DNA from: a virus
IMG/VR virus record: IMGVR_UViG_3300047557_004034
Coordinates: 1-64,000 of that record
DNA length: 64,000 nucleotides
Strand: one strand, 5' to 3'
The notes beneath the pieces were generated by a model. It did no database searches. It saw only the letters and a list, made by a program, of their open reading frames with translations, and was not told the origin of the DNA. Positions 12,266 through 21,436 of this stretch are shown here, piece after piece; positions within the stretch are counted from its first letter, which is position 1; each line of letters opens with the position of its first letter. Position numbers and translations under genes: made by a program.

Positions 12266-14083
12266 TTAAAGTCTATCTATTTCGATATTATCACCATTTT
12301 CGGCAGTGGCTATCGAACTATCCTCGAATAATAATAAATATGTTTCTGAGGTTGATGGAGTAGGTGTAACTGTTGGTGTGATTGTAGTAGTATTGGAAGG
12401 CGTTTGAGTATTAGTTATAGTAACTGTTGGTGTAGGAGTTGGGGTTTGACAATTATTTCCACATGGAAAACTCGCTCTTACCCAAGTAATACAATCTGTA
12501 CTTTGACCAGGTTCACAGAACAAATCATTTGTAGTTAACGAACCTTCGAGCGCACAACTAATAATTGTTTGGTTTCCTCCACCGATTGCAACTACTGAAT
12601 CATTTGAACCATTACAATTGACATAGTAAACTATTTTAGATGTTGAATAATAATTTGTTATTTCATATTGATAACAATCACAAACAGGAGAAGATGTTGG
12701 TGTTGAAGTTAGTGTCGGTGTTTCTGTCAATGTTGGTGTTTCTGTCAATGTCGGTGTTGAAGTTAGTGTAGGTGTTTCTGTAAATGTCGGTGTTGCAGTT
12801 AGTGTAGGTGTTTCTGTCAATGTTGGTGTTTCTGTTAATGTCGGAGTTGAAGTTAGTGTAGGTGTTTCTGTAAATGTCGGAGTTGAAGTTAGTGTAGGTG
12901 TCTCTGTCAATGTCGGTGTTGCAGTAGGTGTGATTGTAGTAGTGTTGGAAGGTGTTTGAGTATTAGTTATAGTAACTGTTGGTGTAGGAGTTGGTGTTAC
13001 ATCCAAGAATCTTGTATAAGTATCATTATAGTTTTGTAAAATCTGAGGACCTGATAACGCAGTGTTGTAAATTTTCACAATAGCCAAATCACCATCAACC
13101 AAATTACCCGAACTAAGAGTTTCATCCCACCTTCTCATCAACCTGACTTCACCACCTGACTGAGATGTTCCAACATAATTTAATGTACCACCTGAAGCAA
13201 AACCATTGACATATTGTCTTATTGTCGAACCATCATAAGTACCAACTACTTGGTACCACACATTAGTTTGTGGCACAAAACCTGTTGTAGTTCTCCAAGC
13301 ACCGTTGAAATATCCAACAGCCAAATTGTAGTTATTAGGTGCATTATTTGTCCCTATACTAAAATTTAATCTATTGACTAAGTTGAATTGATTTGAAACA
13401 ATCGAAGTCACTTTTCCTGTCAAGGATGTCGCTAACTTAAACCAAACCTCAACAGTCCAATTGGAAAGGTCTCCTATATTTGGAATCGTTCCATATTCTA
13501 AAGACACATCATCAAAACTTAGAATTCCACCGTAATTTGACGAATACGTTGGTGAGTTGAATAATGTTGCATTATTATTTCCTCCCGCTAAATCAGTCCA
13601 AGTTGAACCTGTCGTTGGGTATGAAAGTAAATTTCCTGAATCTAAATAAACTAATAGACTCGAAGGTATTGTTGATGGTGTTATTGTAGGTGTGTTTGTC
13701 GGAGTAGGAGTAGGGCTGGCTCCACTAAAAGAATTCCAATAACCGTTGTTTGTCAACCAAGTACTTGCATCTGTACCATTAGTGAATGTTTGTTGACCAG
13801 ATGCAACCCAATTCGCCAATTCAGTAAAAGATTCTTCAGTTTTTGTTGTAGACCTCCAAAAACCTAAATAAGCAGGAATAAATACTGGATTTGGTTGTGT
13901 TCCTCCTGTTGTTTGATGAGCTATAACGTATCCCAAATCTTCGTCAGGTCCCATCCACCATTTGACTCCACCAATATCCAAATCATATCTTAAACTCTCT
14001 ACCCCAATTGCCAAGTTACCAACTTGTTCAGTACCACTGATTGTTGACCCAGTGTTGTACGCAAATGGTCTAGTAGTTGCCAT
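12266..14083 (-). CDS. LamG/concanavalin-like lectin domain protein with Pro-Thr stalk and Cys-rich domain
   Basis: WTVEVWFK...WYQVVGTYDG..IRQYVNG...VKIYNTALS..QI.QNY LamG signature and (TPT)n linkers. ATG at 14083 directly follows the upstream TAA (14085-14087), so it is preferred over the track's 14107 start. Confidence 0.8.
   Translation of the reverse strand: MATTRPFAYNTGSTISGTEQVGNLAIGVESLRYDLDIGGVKWWMGPDEDLGYVIAHQTTGGTQPNPVFIPAYLGFWRSTTKTEESFTELANWVASGQQTFTNGTDASTWLTNNGYWNSFSGASPTPTPTNTPTITPSTIPSSLLVYLDSGNLLSYPTTGSTWTDLAGGNNNATLFNSPTYSSNYGGILSFDDVSLEYGTIPNIGDLSNWTVEVWFKLATSLTGKVTSIVSNQFNLVNRLNFSIGTNNAPNNYNLAVGYFNGAWRTTTGFVPQTNVWYQVVGTYDGSTIRQYVNGFASGGTLNYVGTSQSGGEVRLMRRWDETLSSGNLVDGDLAIVKIYNTALSGPQILQNYNDTYTRFLDVTPTPTPTVTITNTQTPSNTTTITPTATPTLTETPTLTSTPTFTETPTLTSTPTLTETPTLTETPTLTATPTFTETPTLTSTPTLTETPTLTETPTLTSTPTSSPVCDCYQYEITNYYSTSKIVYYVNCNGSNDSVVAIGGGNQTIISCALEGSLTTNDLFCEPGQSTDCITWVRASFPCGNNCQTPTPTPTVTITNTQTPSNTTTITPTVTPTPSTSETYLLLFEDSSIATAENGDNIEIDRL
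12375..12994. repeat. 68-bp direct repeat pair (12375-12442 and 12927-12994, 66/68 identical) flanking TETPTL repeats and a Cys-rich module
   Basis: Both copies encode PTPTPTVTITNTQTPSNTTTITP. Confidence 0.85.
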
Positions 14084-14084
14084 A

Positions 14085-17000
14085 TTAAAAAGTAATTTTT
14101 GTTGCAACTTTTACTAACCAAGTACCTGATGTTACAACAGCCTTTAATCTTATATTACTACTATTAACATCAACTTGGAAACTTATACCTTCGGTCGAAC
14201 CGTTTAGGTCAGGAGTTGAATATTCTGTATATGTCGTTCCTGAACAATTCCAAGCTGCAAGAACAACCCCTGTTCTGATTTCATTCGAAACCCCTTGAAC
14301 AAAGTAATCAAAATTTGCAGATGAACCAGAAACACATGGAATTAAAGAAATTACAGTAGTCCCACTTGTTAACGAACTTCCCGATGCAGAGTCAACAAAA
14401 ACATTACCCAATATGGTCAATGACTTTGTCGTGGAATCGTAAGTGAATCCTGATTCCGCAATTGCCCCATCAGTAGTACCGTCAGATGTCAGTATTCTTG
14501 TTAATGCAGGATTTTGTACTGTTGAGAATCCCGTACCACTTGTCCCTGAAGAACCACTTGTTCCCGATGAACCTGATGTGCCAGAACTTCCACTTGTTCC
14601 CGATGAACCTGATGTGCCAGAACTTCCACTTGTCCCTGAAGAACCACTTGTTCCAGAACTTCCACTTGTCCCTGAAGAACCACTTGTTCCCGATGAACCT
14701 GATGTGCCAGAACTTCCACTTGTCCCTGAAGAACCACTTGTTCCAGAACTTCCACTTGTCCCTGAAGAACCACTTGTTCCACTAGAACCTGAAGAACCAT
14801 CTTGGCCATCTTGGCCAGGTTCTCCTGATGGTGCAACTTGCCAAGAACTATATACACCTGAACCAACGGTTTCTTCAGTGATATACGTTAAAGAATTAGT
14901 CGTTGATGATACTATCTTACCTATGATATAGTTTTGATAGTCGTAAGATATTATTGCATGTTGTCCTGGAACCCAACAAGTATCACCTGTAATTGAAATT
15001 GTATTTTGTGCACTTCCACCAGATAAACAAGCAATATTAACAGTCCATGTATCGGATGTTCCCGATATTGATGTCTCAACTTTTAGATAATAAGTGTCGT
15101 TGTCTACATTTATAGTTTGATTTCCTGTTGTAGGTGTATTGATTGAAGGTCCCCAAGGTCCTGGATAAGTAGCAAAACCAACCCAACCACTTGTCCAAAC
15201 ATTTGTAAGGGTCGAATCTTGTACTGTAAACCTATTTGGAACATCAATAGCATACCACTGTAAAGATATCGAGCCCGAAAAAGATAAATAATCGAGAGTT
15301 TTGGATGGATAAGTATAGAATCCGCTTGTACCTGCCGGTGAACTTTCAGTGAAAGAATAATCAGTACAAGTATTACCTGTCACAGATATTGTTGAGTCTG
15401 ATGTTACACATATATCAGGTGAGGTTCCACTCGTTCCTGATGAACCGCTTGTACCAGAGCTACCACTCGTTCCAGAACTTCCTGATGTTCCTGAACTTCC
15501 GCTAGTTCCTGATGAACCGCTTGTACCAGAGCTACCACTTGTTCCTGAAGAACCATCTGAACCTGATGTACCAGAACTTCCTGATGTTCCTGAAGAACCG
15601 CTTGTACCAGAACTTCCTGATGTTCCTGAAGAACCATCTGAACCTGAGGTTCCTGAGCTTCCGCTAGTTCCTGATGAACCGCTTGTACCAGAGCTACCAC
15701 TTGTTCCTGAAGAACCATCCGAACCTGATGTACCAGAACTTCCTGATGTTCCTGAAGAACCGCTTGTACCAGAACTTCCTGATGTTCCTGAGCTTCCACT
15801 AGTTCCTGATGAACCGCTTGTACCAGAGCTACCACTTGTTCCTGAAGAACCATCCGAACCTGATGTTCCTGAGCTTCCACTAGTTCCTGAAGAACCGCTT
15901 GTACCAGAACTTCCTGATGTTCCTGAAGAACCGCTTGTACCAGAACTTCCTGATGTTCCTGATGAACCATCTGAACCTGAGGTTCCTGAGCTTCCGCTAG
16001 TTCCTGATGAACCGCTTGTACCAGAGCTACCACTCGTTCCAGAACTTCCTGATGTTCCTGAACTTCCGCTAGTTCCTGATGAACCGCTTGTACCAGAGCT
16101 ACCACTTGTTCCTGAAGAACCATCCGAACCTGATGTACCAGAACTTCCTGATGTTCCTGAAGAACCGCTTGTACCAGAGCTACCACTCGTTCCAGAACTT
16201 CCTGATGTTCCTGAACTTCCGCTAGTTCCTGATGAACCGCTTGTACCAGAGCTACCACTTGTTCCTGAAGAACCATCCGAACCTGATGTACCAGAACTTC
16301 CTGATGTTCCTGAAGAACCGCTTGTACCAGAGCTACCACTCGTTCCAGAACTTCCTGATGTTCCTGAGCTTCCACTAGTTCCTGATGAACCGCTTGTACC
16401 AGAACTTCCTGATGTTCCTGATGAACCATCTGAACCTGATGTACCAGAACTTCCTGATGTTCCTGAAGAACCGCTTGTACCAGAACTTCCTGATGTTCCT
16501 GAACTTCCACTAGTTCCTGATGAACCGCTTGTACCAGAACTTCCTGATGTTCCTGAGCTTCCACTAGTTCCTGATGAACCGCTTGTACCAGAACTTCCTG
16601 ATGTTCCTGATGAACCATCTGAACCTGAGGTTCCTGAGCTCCCGCTAGTTCCTGATGAACCGCTTGTACCAGAGCTACCACTTGTTCCTGAAGAACCATC
16701 CGAACCTGATGTTCCTGAGCTTCCACTAGTTCCTGATGAACCGCTTGTACCAGAGCTACCACTCGTTCCAGAACTTCCTGATGTTCCTGAACTTCCGCTA
16801 GTTCCTGATGAACCGCTTGTACCAGAGCTACCACTTGTTCCTGAAGAACCATCCGAACCTGATGTACCAGAACTTCCTGATGTTCCTGATGAACCATCTG
16901 AACCTGAGGTTCCTGAGCTTCCGCTAGTTCCTGATGAACCGCTTGTACCAGAGCTACCACTTGTTCCTGAAGAACCATCCGAACCTGATGTACCAGAACT

Positions 17001-19556
17001 TCCTGATGTTCCTGAGCTTCCACTAGTTCCTGATGAACCGCTTGTACCAGAGCTACCACTTGTTCCTGAAGAACCATCCGAACCTGAGGTTCCTGAACTT
17101 CCGCTAGTTCCTGATGAACCGCTTGTACCAGAACTACCTGATGTACCTGATGAACCATCTGAACCTGAGGTTCCTGAGCTTCCGCTTGTACCAGAACTTC
17201 CTGATGTTCCTGAGCTTCCGCTTGTACCAGAACTTCCTGATGTTCCTGAAGAACCATCTGAACCTGAGGTTCCTGAGCTACCACTTGTTCCTGAAGAACC
17301 ATCCGAACCTGATGTTCCTGAGCTTCCACTAGTTCCTGATGAACCGCTTGTACCAGAGCTACCACTTGTTCCTGAAGAACCATCCGAACCTGATGTACCA
17401 GAGCTACCACTTGTTCCTGAAGAACCGCTTGTACCAGAGCTACCACTTGTTCCAGAACTTCCTGATGTTCCTGAACTTCCGCTAGTTCCTGATGAACCGC
17501 TTGTACCAGAGCTACCACTTGTTCCTGAAGAACCATCTGAACCTGATGTTCCTGAGCTTCCACTTGTTCCTGAACTACCACTCGTACCACTTGACCCTGA
17601 GCTTCCTGATGTACCAGCCGAACCACTGGTTCCTGATGAACCTGATGTTCCGTCCACACCTGAAATACCTGAGGTTCCTGATGTACCAGAACTACCTGAA
17701 GAGCCACTCGTTCCTGAACTTCCTGAAGAACCACTTGTTCCTGATGAACCTGATGTACCAGAACTTCCTGATGTTCCTGAACTACCTGATGAACCACTTG
17801 TTCCTGAACTACCTGACGTACCGGAACTTCCACTTGTTCCTGATGAACCATCTGTTCCAGAACTTCCTGAAGAACCAGATGTACCACTCGAACCCGAAGT
17901 ACCCGAAGTACCTGATACACCATCAACACCACTTGTACCTGAACTTCCTGATGTACCGCTAGAACCTGAAGAACCACTCGTTCCTGAAGAACCAGATGAA
18001 CCACTTGTACCTGAACTTCCTGAAGAACCACTCGTTCCTGAAGAACCAGATGAACCACTTGTACCTGAACTTCCTGAAGAACCACTTGAACCAGATGTGC
18101 CTGAGCTGCCTGATGTACCTGAGCTACCGCTTGTTCCTGATGAACCACTTGTTCCACTTGACCCAGATGTTCCTGATGTTCCTGATACACCATCAACTCC
18201 ACTAGTACCTGAACTTCCACTGGTTCCACTTGAACCAGATGTACCTGAACTGCCACTTGTTCCTGATGAACCTGATGTACCTGAACTACCACTCGTTCCT
18301 GATGAACCTGAGGAACCACTCGTACCAGAACTTCCTGAGGTTCCTGAACTACCACTAGTTCCTGATGACCCTGATGTTCCGCTAGAACCCGATGTACCCG
18401 AACTTCCATCACTGCCGGATGTTCCCGAAGAACCCGACGTTCCACTAGAACCAGATGTTCCTGAGGTACCCGACACACCATCTACACCACTCGTTCCTGA
18501 GGAACCTGATGTTCCTGAGGTACCTGATACACCATCAACACCACTCGTTCCTGAAGAACCACTTGTGCCAGAACTTCCTGAAGAGCCACTTGTACCTGAT
18601 GAACCTGAAGTTCCAGATGTACCAGAACTACCTGAAGTTCCAGATGTACCAGAACTACCACTAGTTCCTGATGAACCAGAAGTACCTGAGCTTCCCGATT
18701 CTCCACTTAGTGTTACAGTTACCGAACTACCACTACTTGTGACGGTAATACCCGAACCTACAAAATCTATTGAGGTAACTCCTGAAGCAATAGGTACTCC
18801 CCCACTTGATATTGTGAGTGGGTTACTTGTTGTCAGTCCTGTAATAGAAATTGTACCACCCGTGTTATTGTATAAATCCAAAGTGGAAGTGGCACTGAAG
18901 TATGTACCTCCAGTTATATAGATGTCTAATGGAAATATTTTCCACTTAGCATCGTTTCTATCAACACCATCAACACCTTCGATTGTATTACCTGTCCACG
19001 CGTCAATAAATGCAACACCCTCAGGTGTACTCGAATTACACTCAATTGAAGTAATAATTTCTTTTGTTCCTGGAGGGTCTGTTGGGTATGTGAATTCAGA
19101 ATAGAATTCGTATAAAGCTCCCGACGCTAATGCGTCTGTATATAATTGTGAGTAATTTTCAAATGAAAATTGATAAACCTTATTTGTTTCTGCAACATAA
19201 ACAAGCATACCAACTTTTCTTCTACCTGATGAAATTCCATCATTATTGAGATGAAGAACGTTTGGAAAACCTATCGGCTCAAAATAATCAAAATCAATTG
19301 GGATTGTCGTATTAATATCGACAACTTCTCCTGTAGTTCCTGAAGGTATAGTAAAAAGTAAATCAGAAAGAAAATTTACCGACATGTATCCACCAATGTT
19401 GTACACATCCCATGTAATACCGTCATTGGTTGGTGGTAACGGAACTAATGGCCCTACACCTTGGAAGGTAATAAGCCCATCGTTACCCATTTCTAGGTAG
19501 TTATCGTCTCCCCCATAGTTAATAATCGGTAATGAATTAGTTTCGTCTATCGGCAT
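14085..19556 (-). CDS. Large fibre-like protein (1823 aa) with long (GSS/GTS/GSD)n arrays
   Basis: ORF track. N-terminal RRKVGMLVYV-containing domain, ~1090-codon Gly-X-Y array, small beta domains, second short array and C-terminal domain. Confidence 0.85.
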   Translation of the reverse strand: MPIDETNSLPIINYGGDDNYLEMGNDGLITFQGVGPLVPLPPTNDGITWDVYNIGGYMSVNFLSDLLFTIPSGTTGEVVDINTTIPIDFDYFEPIGFPNVLHLNNDGISSGRRKVGMLVYVAETNKVYQFSFENYSQLYTDALASGALYEFYSEFTYPTDPPGTKEIITSIECNSSTPEGVAFIDAWTGNTIEGVDGVDRNDAKWKIFPLDIYITGGTYFSATSTLDLYNNTGGTISITGLTTSNPLTISSGGVPIASGVTSIDFVGSGITVTSSGSSVTVTLSGESGSSGTSGSSGTSGSSGTSGTSGSSGTSGTSGSSGTSGSSGSSGTSGSSGTSGVDGVSGTSGTSGSSGTSGVDGVSGTSGTSGSSGTSGSSGTSGSDGSSGTSGSSGTSGSSGTSGSSGTSGSSGTSGSSGSSGTSGSSGTSGSSGTSGSSGTSGSSGTSGSSGTSGVDGVSGTSGTSGSSGTSGSSGTSGSSGTSGSSGTSGSSGSSGSSGTSGSSGSSGTSGSSGSSGTSGSSGSSGTSGSSGSSGTSGSSGTSGVDGVSGTSGTSGSSGTSGSSGSSGTDGSSGTSGSSGTSGSSGTSGSSGSSGTSGSSGTSGSSGTSGSSGSSGTSGSSGSSGTSGTSGISGVDGTSGSSGTSGSAGTSGSSGSSGTSGSSGTSGSSGTSGSDGSSGTSGSSGTSGSSGTSGSSGTSGSSGTSGSSGTSGSSGTSGSSGTSGSDGSSGTSGSSGTSGSSGTSGSSGTSGSDGSSGTSGSSGTSGSDGSSGTSGSSGTSGSSGTSGSSGTSGSSGTSGSDGSSGTSGSSGTSGSSGTSGSSGTSGSDGSSGTSGSSGTSGSSGTSGSSGTSGSSGTSGSDGSSGTSGSSGTSGSSGTSGSSGTSGSDGSSGTSGSSGTSGSDGSSGTSGSSGTSGSSGTSGSSGTSGSSGTSGSSGTSGSSGTSGSSGTSGSDGSSGTSGSSGTSGSSGTSGSSGTSGSDGSSGTSGSSGTSGSSGTSGSSGTSGSSGTSGSSGTSGSSGTSGSSGTSGSSGTSGSSGTSGSDGSSGTSGSSGTSGSSGTSGSSGTSGSSGTSGSSGTSGSSGTSGSSGTSGSDGSSGTSGSSGTSGSSGTSGSSGTSGSSGTSGSSGTSGSSGTSGSSGTSGSDGSSGTSGSSGTSGSSGTSGSSGTSGSSGTSGSSGTSGSSGTSGSSGTSGSDGSSGTSGSSGTSGSSGTSGSSGTSGSSGTSGSSGTSGSDGSSGTSGSSGTSGSSGTSGSSGTSGSSGTSGSSGTSGSSGTSGSDGSSGTSGSSGTSGSSGTSGSSGTSGSDGSSGTSGSSGTSGSSGTSGSSGTSGSDGSSGTSGSSGTSGSSGTSGSSGTSGSSGTSGSSGTSGSSGTSGTSPDICVTSDSTISVTGNTCTDYSFTESSPAGTSGFYTYPSKTLDYLSFSGSISLQWYAIDVPNRFTVQDSTLTNVWTSGWVGFATYPGPWGPSINTPTTGNQTINVDNDTYYLKVETSISGTSDTWTVNIACLSGGSAQNTISITGDTCWVPGQHAIISYDYQNYIIGKIVSSTTNSLTYITEETVGSGVYSSWQVAPSGEPGQDGQDGSSGSSGTSGSSGTSGSSGTSGSSGTSGSSGTSGSSGTSGSSGTSGSSGTSGSSGTSGSSGTSGSSGTSGSSGTSGSSGTSGSSGTSGTGFSTVQNPALTRILTSDGTTDGAIAESGFTYDSTTKSLTILGNVFVDSASGSSLTSGTTVISLIPCVSGSSANFDYFVQGVSNEIRTGVVLAAWNCSGTTYTEYSTPDLNGSTEGISFQVDVNSSNIRLKAVVTSGTWLVKVATKITF
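14532..14830 (-). repeat. Second short (GSS/GTS)n array
   Basis: Units such as cacttgtccctgaagaac and gttcccgatgaacctgatgtgccagaacttc. Confidence 0.9.
15420..18700 (-). repeat. ([12 protein letters not shown])n array, ~1090 codons
   Basis: 9-bp periodic units with higher-order blocks, e.g. gttcctgatgaaccgcttgtaccagagctaccacttgttcctgaagaaccatc repeated many times. Confidence 0.95.
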
Positions 19557-19560
19557 TTCT

Positions 19561-19568
19561 TATAAATA
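19561..19568 (-). promoter_or_regulatory. TATTTATA upstream motif (putative late promoter)
   Basis: tataaata on + strand, 4 nt upstream of the ATG at 19556. Confidence 0.55.
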
Positions 19569-19585
19569 TTTTTATAATTTTTTTA

Positions 19586-21436
19586 CTAAAGGTTTACTCG
19601 ATTATTTCCACCTCTAAAGTAGAAGTTTTGTCCGTTTAATCTTGGTCTTAAACCATTTTGTGAATATGAAGTATAAACTCTATAGTATCCCGCAGGTATA
19701 TTTGTAGAGCCGGTGTAATTAACAACCCTGTTGTAGAAGTTAAGTGTTGAAGCAATTTCTTGTTGTGTCGTAGGATTTCTACTTATTGAAATTGCGGTGT
19801 ATGCTTGTCCTGGTGTTGAGCCTGTAGGTACGAACCATGTGTACCAAGCTTGAGGACTTTGACCGCCTGTTATAGGAAGTGTATTTCCAGAAACTACTGT
19901 AGTTTGGAATCTTCCCGCAACAACAGGAACACCAAATGAATCAACACCTCTTGACAAGCTTGATATTGGTGCCGTCAATATTGCAGGTTGTGTAGTTCCC
20001 CATCCAGAGTAACTCATATATGCGTTGAATCTATTGTTGAAGTTTTGTTGTGCAAGTACCGGACCACTCACTCCTCTGAACGCAAATGCTATGTGTACAG
20101 AAGTTGGTGACAATCCTGTTGCTGTAGTATCAGGTGTAACCCCCATAAACTTGTAAGACCACCTGTACTGTACCCCTTGGTTTCCATTTTGACCATTAGT
20201 ATATCCTACAGGTAAACTTTGTGCTGTGGCATCACTTGCACTTGCAATGACTACCAAATCATTTTCCTGTAGTCCCGTAGGTAGTGTAATTGATGTTGTT
20301 GTTGATTGTGTTTGTCCGATATATTGTATTTGTGGTATTGTACCTGCAACAGGTCTCAAGGCAATTGTTGAAGCAACCCAAGCATCACTTCCAGTTCCAC
20401 CAAATACTCCAGGATTTGTTAATCCGGCAGTTGCTTGTTGTGTGAATGCTGCCATAACAGTAGCCCCGTTTTCAATGCTACCGTATTGTGCCGCCCCTAT
20501 CAAACTATATCCTGTAGGTGCAAGTACTGAAGATGCAACCACCTCGTCATCCAAGAATCCTAATGAAACAATTACATCACCATTAGTAACTGTAGTAATT
20601 GCAGGTGAGTTCGGCATACCCGCAGCCCCCGTAGAGACAGCCGGTGTATTAACATCTAATGGACTGTCACCTAATGCCCCTAATGGGTTACCTATATTGA
20701 ATCCACCCCACGTACTTCCTTGACTTAACATGTAGGAAGCCAAATCATTTCTTTGGGCCACGGTATTTACATCCATAATTAAGTAAGCGGTTGTAATTAT
20801 TGCCGGTGTTAACGACGGTGTTGGAGTTTGTGTAGGAGTTTCAGTGAGTGTTGGTGTAACTGTTGTTGTGACTGTAGGTGTCTGTGTTGGTGTTTCAGTT
20901 GGAGTTTGTGTTGGTGTTGGAGTTTGTGTTTCAGTTGGGGTAATTGTTGTAGTGACCGACGGTGTCGGTGTTGGCGTTGGTGTTGCTCCTTGTGTTTGTG
21001 AAACAGAAGGTGTTATTGTCGGTGTTGGCGTTGGTGTTGCTCCTTGTGTTTGTGAAACAGAAGGTGTTATTGTCGGTGTTGGCGTATTAGTTGCTGTTAT
21101 AGATGGAGTTGGTGTGTTAGTTGCTGTTATAGATGGAGTGATTGTTATTGTCGGAGTGATTGTTGGAGTAATTGTCGGTGTTGGTGTCGGTGTTGGAGAT
21201 GCAATCTGACAAGGTAATATTTCGAATCTTTGACAGTCGTTTGCATCAATCATAATCAACATGACGGATGGCGCATTGTCAAATATTGCGGGTAAAGTAG
21301 TAAACGCTAATTCTGGTGGAACTGGACCTGAAGATATAGTGGCAAGAAAATACCTATTGTTTCCGTATATGTCTGCAACATACAGGTCAACAGGATAAGT
21401 AACCCCAGTTATACCATCTATTCTAATCTGTGTCAT
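19586..21436 (-). CDS. Pro-Thr stalk virion protein (616 aa)
   Basis: N-terminal domain, ~130-aa (TP)n stalk with internal duplications ([14 protein letters not shown] x2, TPSITATN x2), C-terminal beta domains. Confidence 0.75.
   Translation of the reverse strand: MTQIRIDGITGVTYPVDLYVADIYGNNRYFLATISSGPVPPELAFTTLPAIFDNAPSVMLIMIDANDCQRFEILPCQIASPTPTPTPTITPTITPTITITPSITATNTPTPSITATNTPTPTITPSVSQTQGATPTPTPTITPSVSQTQGATPTPTPTPSVTTTITPTETQTPTPTQTPTETPTQTPTVTTTVTPTLTETPTQTPTPSLTPAIITTAYLIMDVNTVAQRNDLASYMLSQGSTWGGFNIGNPLGALGDSPLDVNTPAVSTGAAGMPNSPAITTVTNGDVIVSLGFLDDEVVASSVLAPTGYSLIGAAQYGSIENGATVMAAFTQQATAGLTNPGVFGGTGSDAWVASTIALRPVAGTIPQIQYIGQTQSTTTSITLPTGLQENDLVVIASASDATAQSLPVGYTNGQNGNQGVQYRWSYKFMGVTPDTTATGLSPTSVHIAFAFRGVSGPVLAQQNFNNRFNAYMSYSGWGTTQPAILTAPISSLSRGVDSFGVPVVAGRFQTTVVSGNTLPITGGQSPQAWYTWFVPTGSTPGQAYTAISISRNPTTQQEIASTLNFYNRVVNYTGSTNIPAGYYRVYTSYSQNGLRPRLNGQNFYFRGGNNRVNL

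Noticed and set aside
2852-18700. Possible CRISPR array or DGR template/variable repeats
   Set aside because: Repeats are in-frame coding triplet arrays without unique spacers. I saw no adenine-specific mismatch pair, no reverse transcriptase and no cas genes.
15404-18921. 1025-aa alternative-frame ORF and plus-strand PELP ORFs
   Set aside because: Same repeat-shadow artefact within the 1823-aa gene
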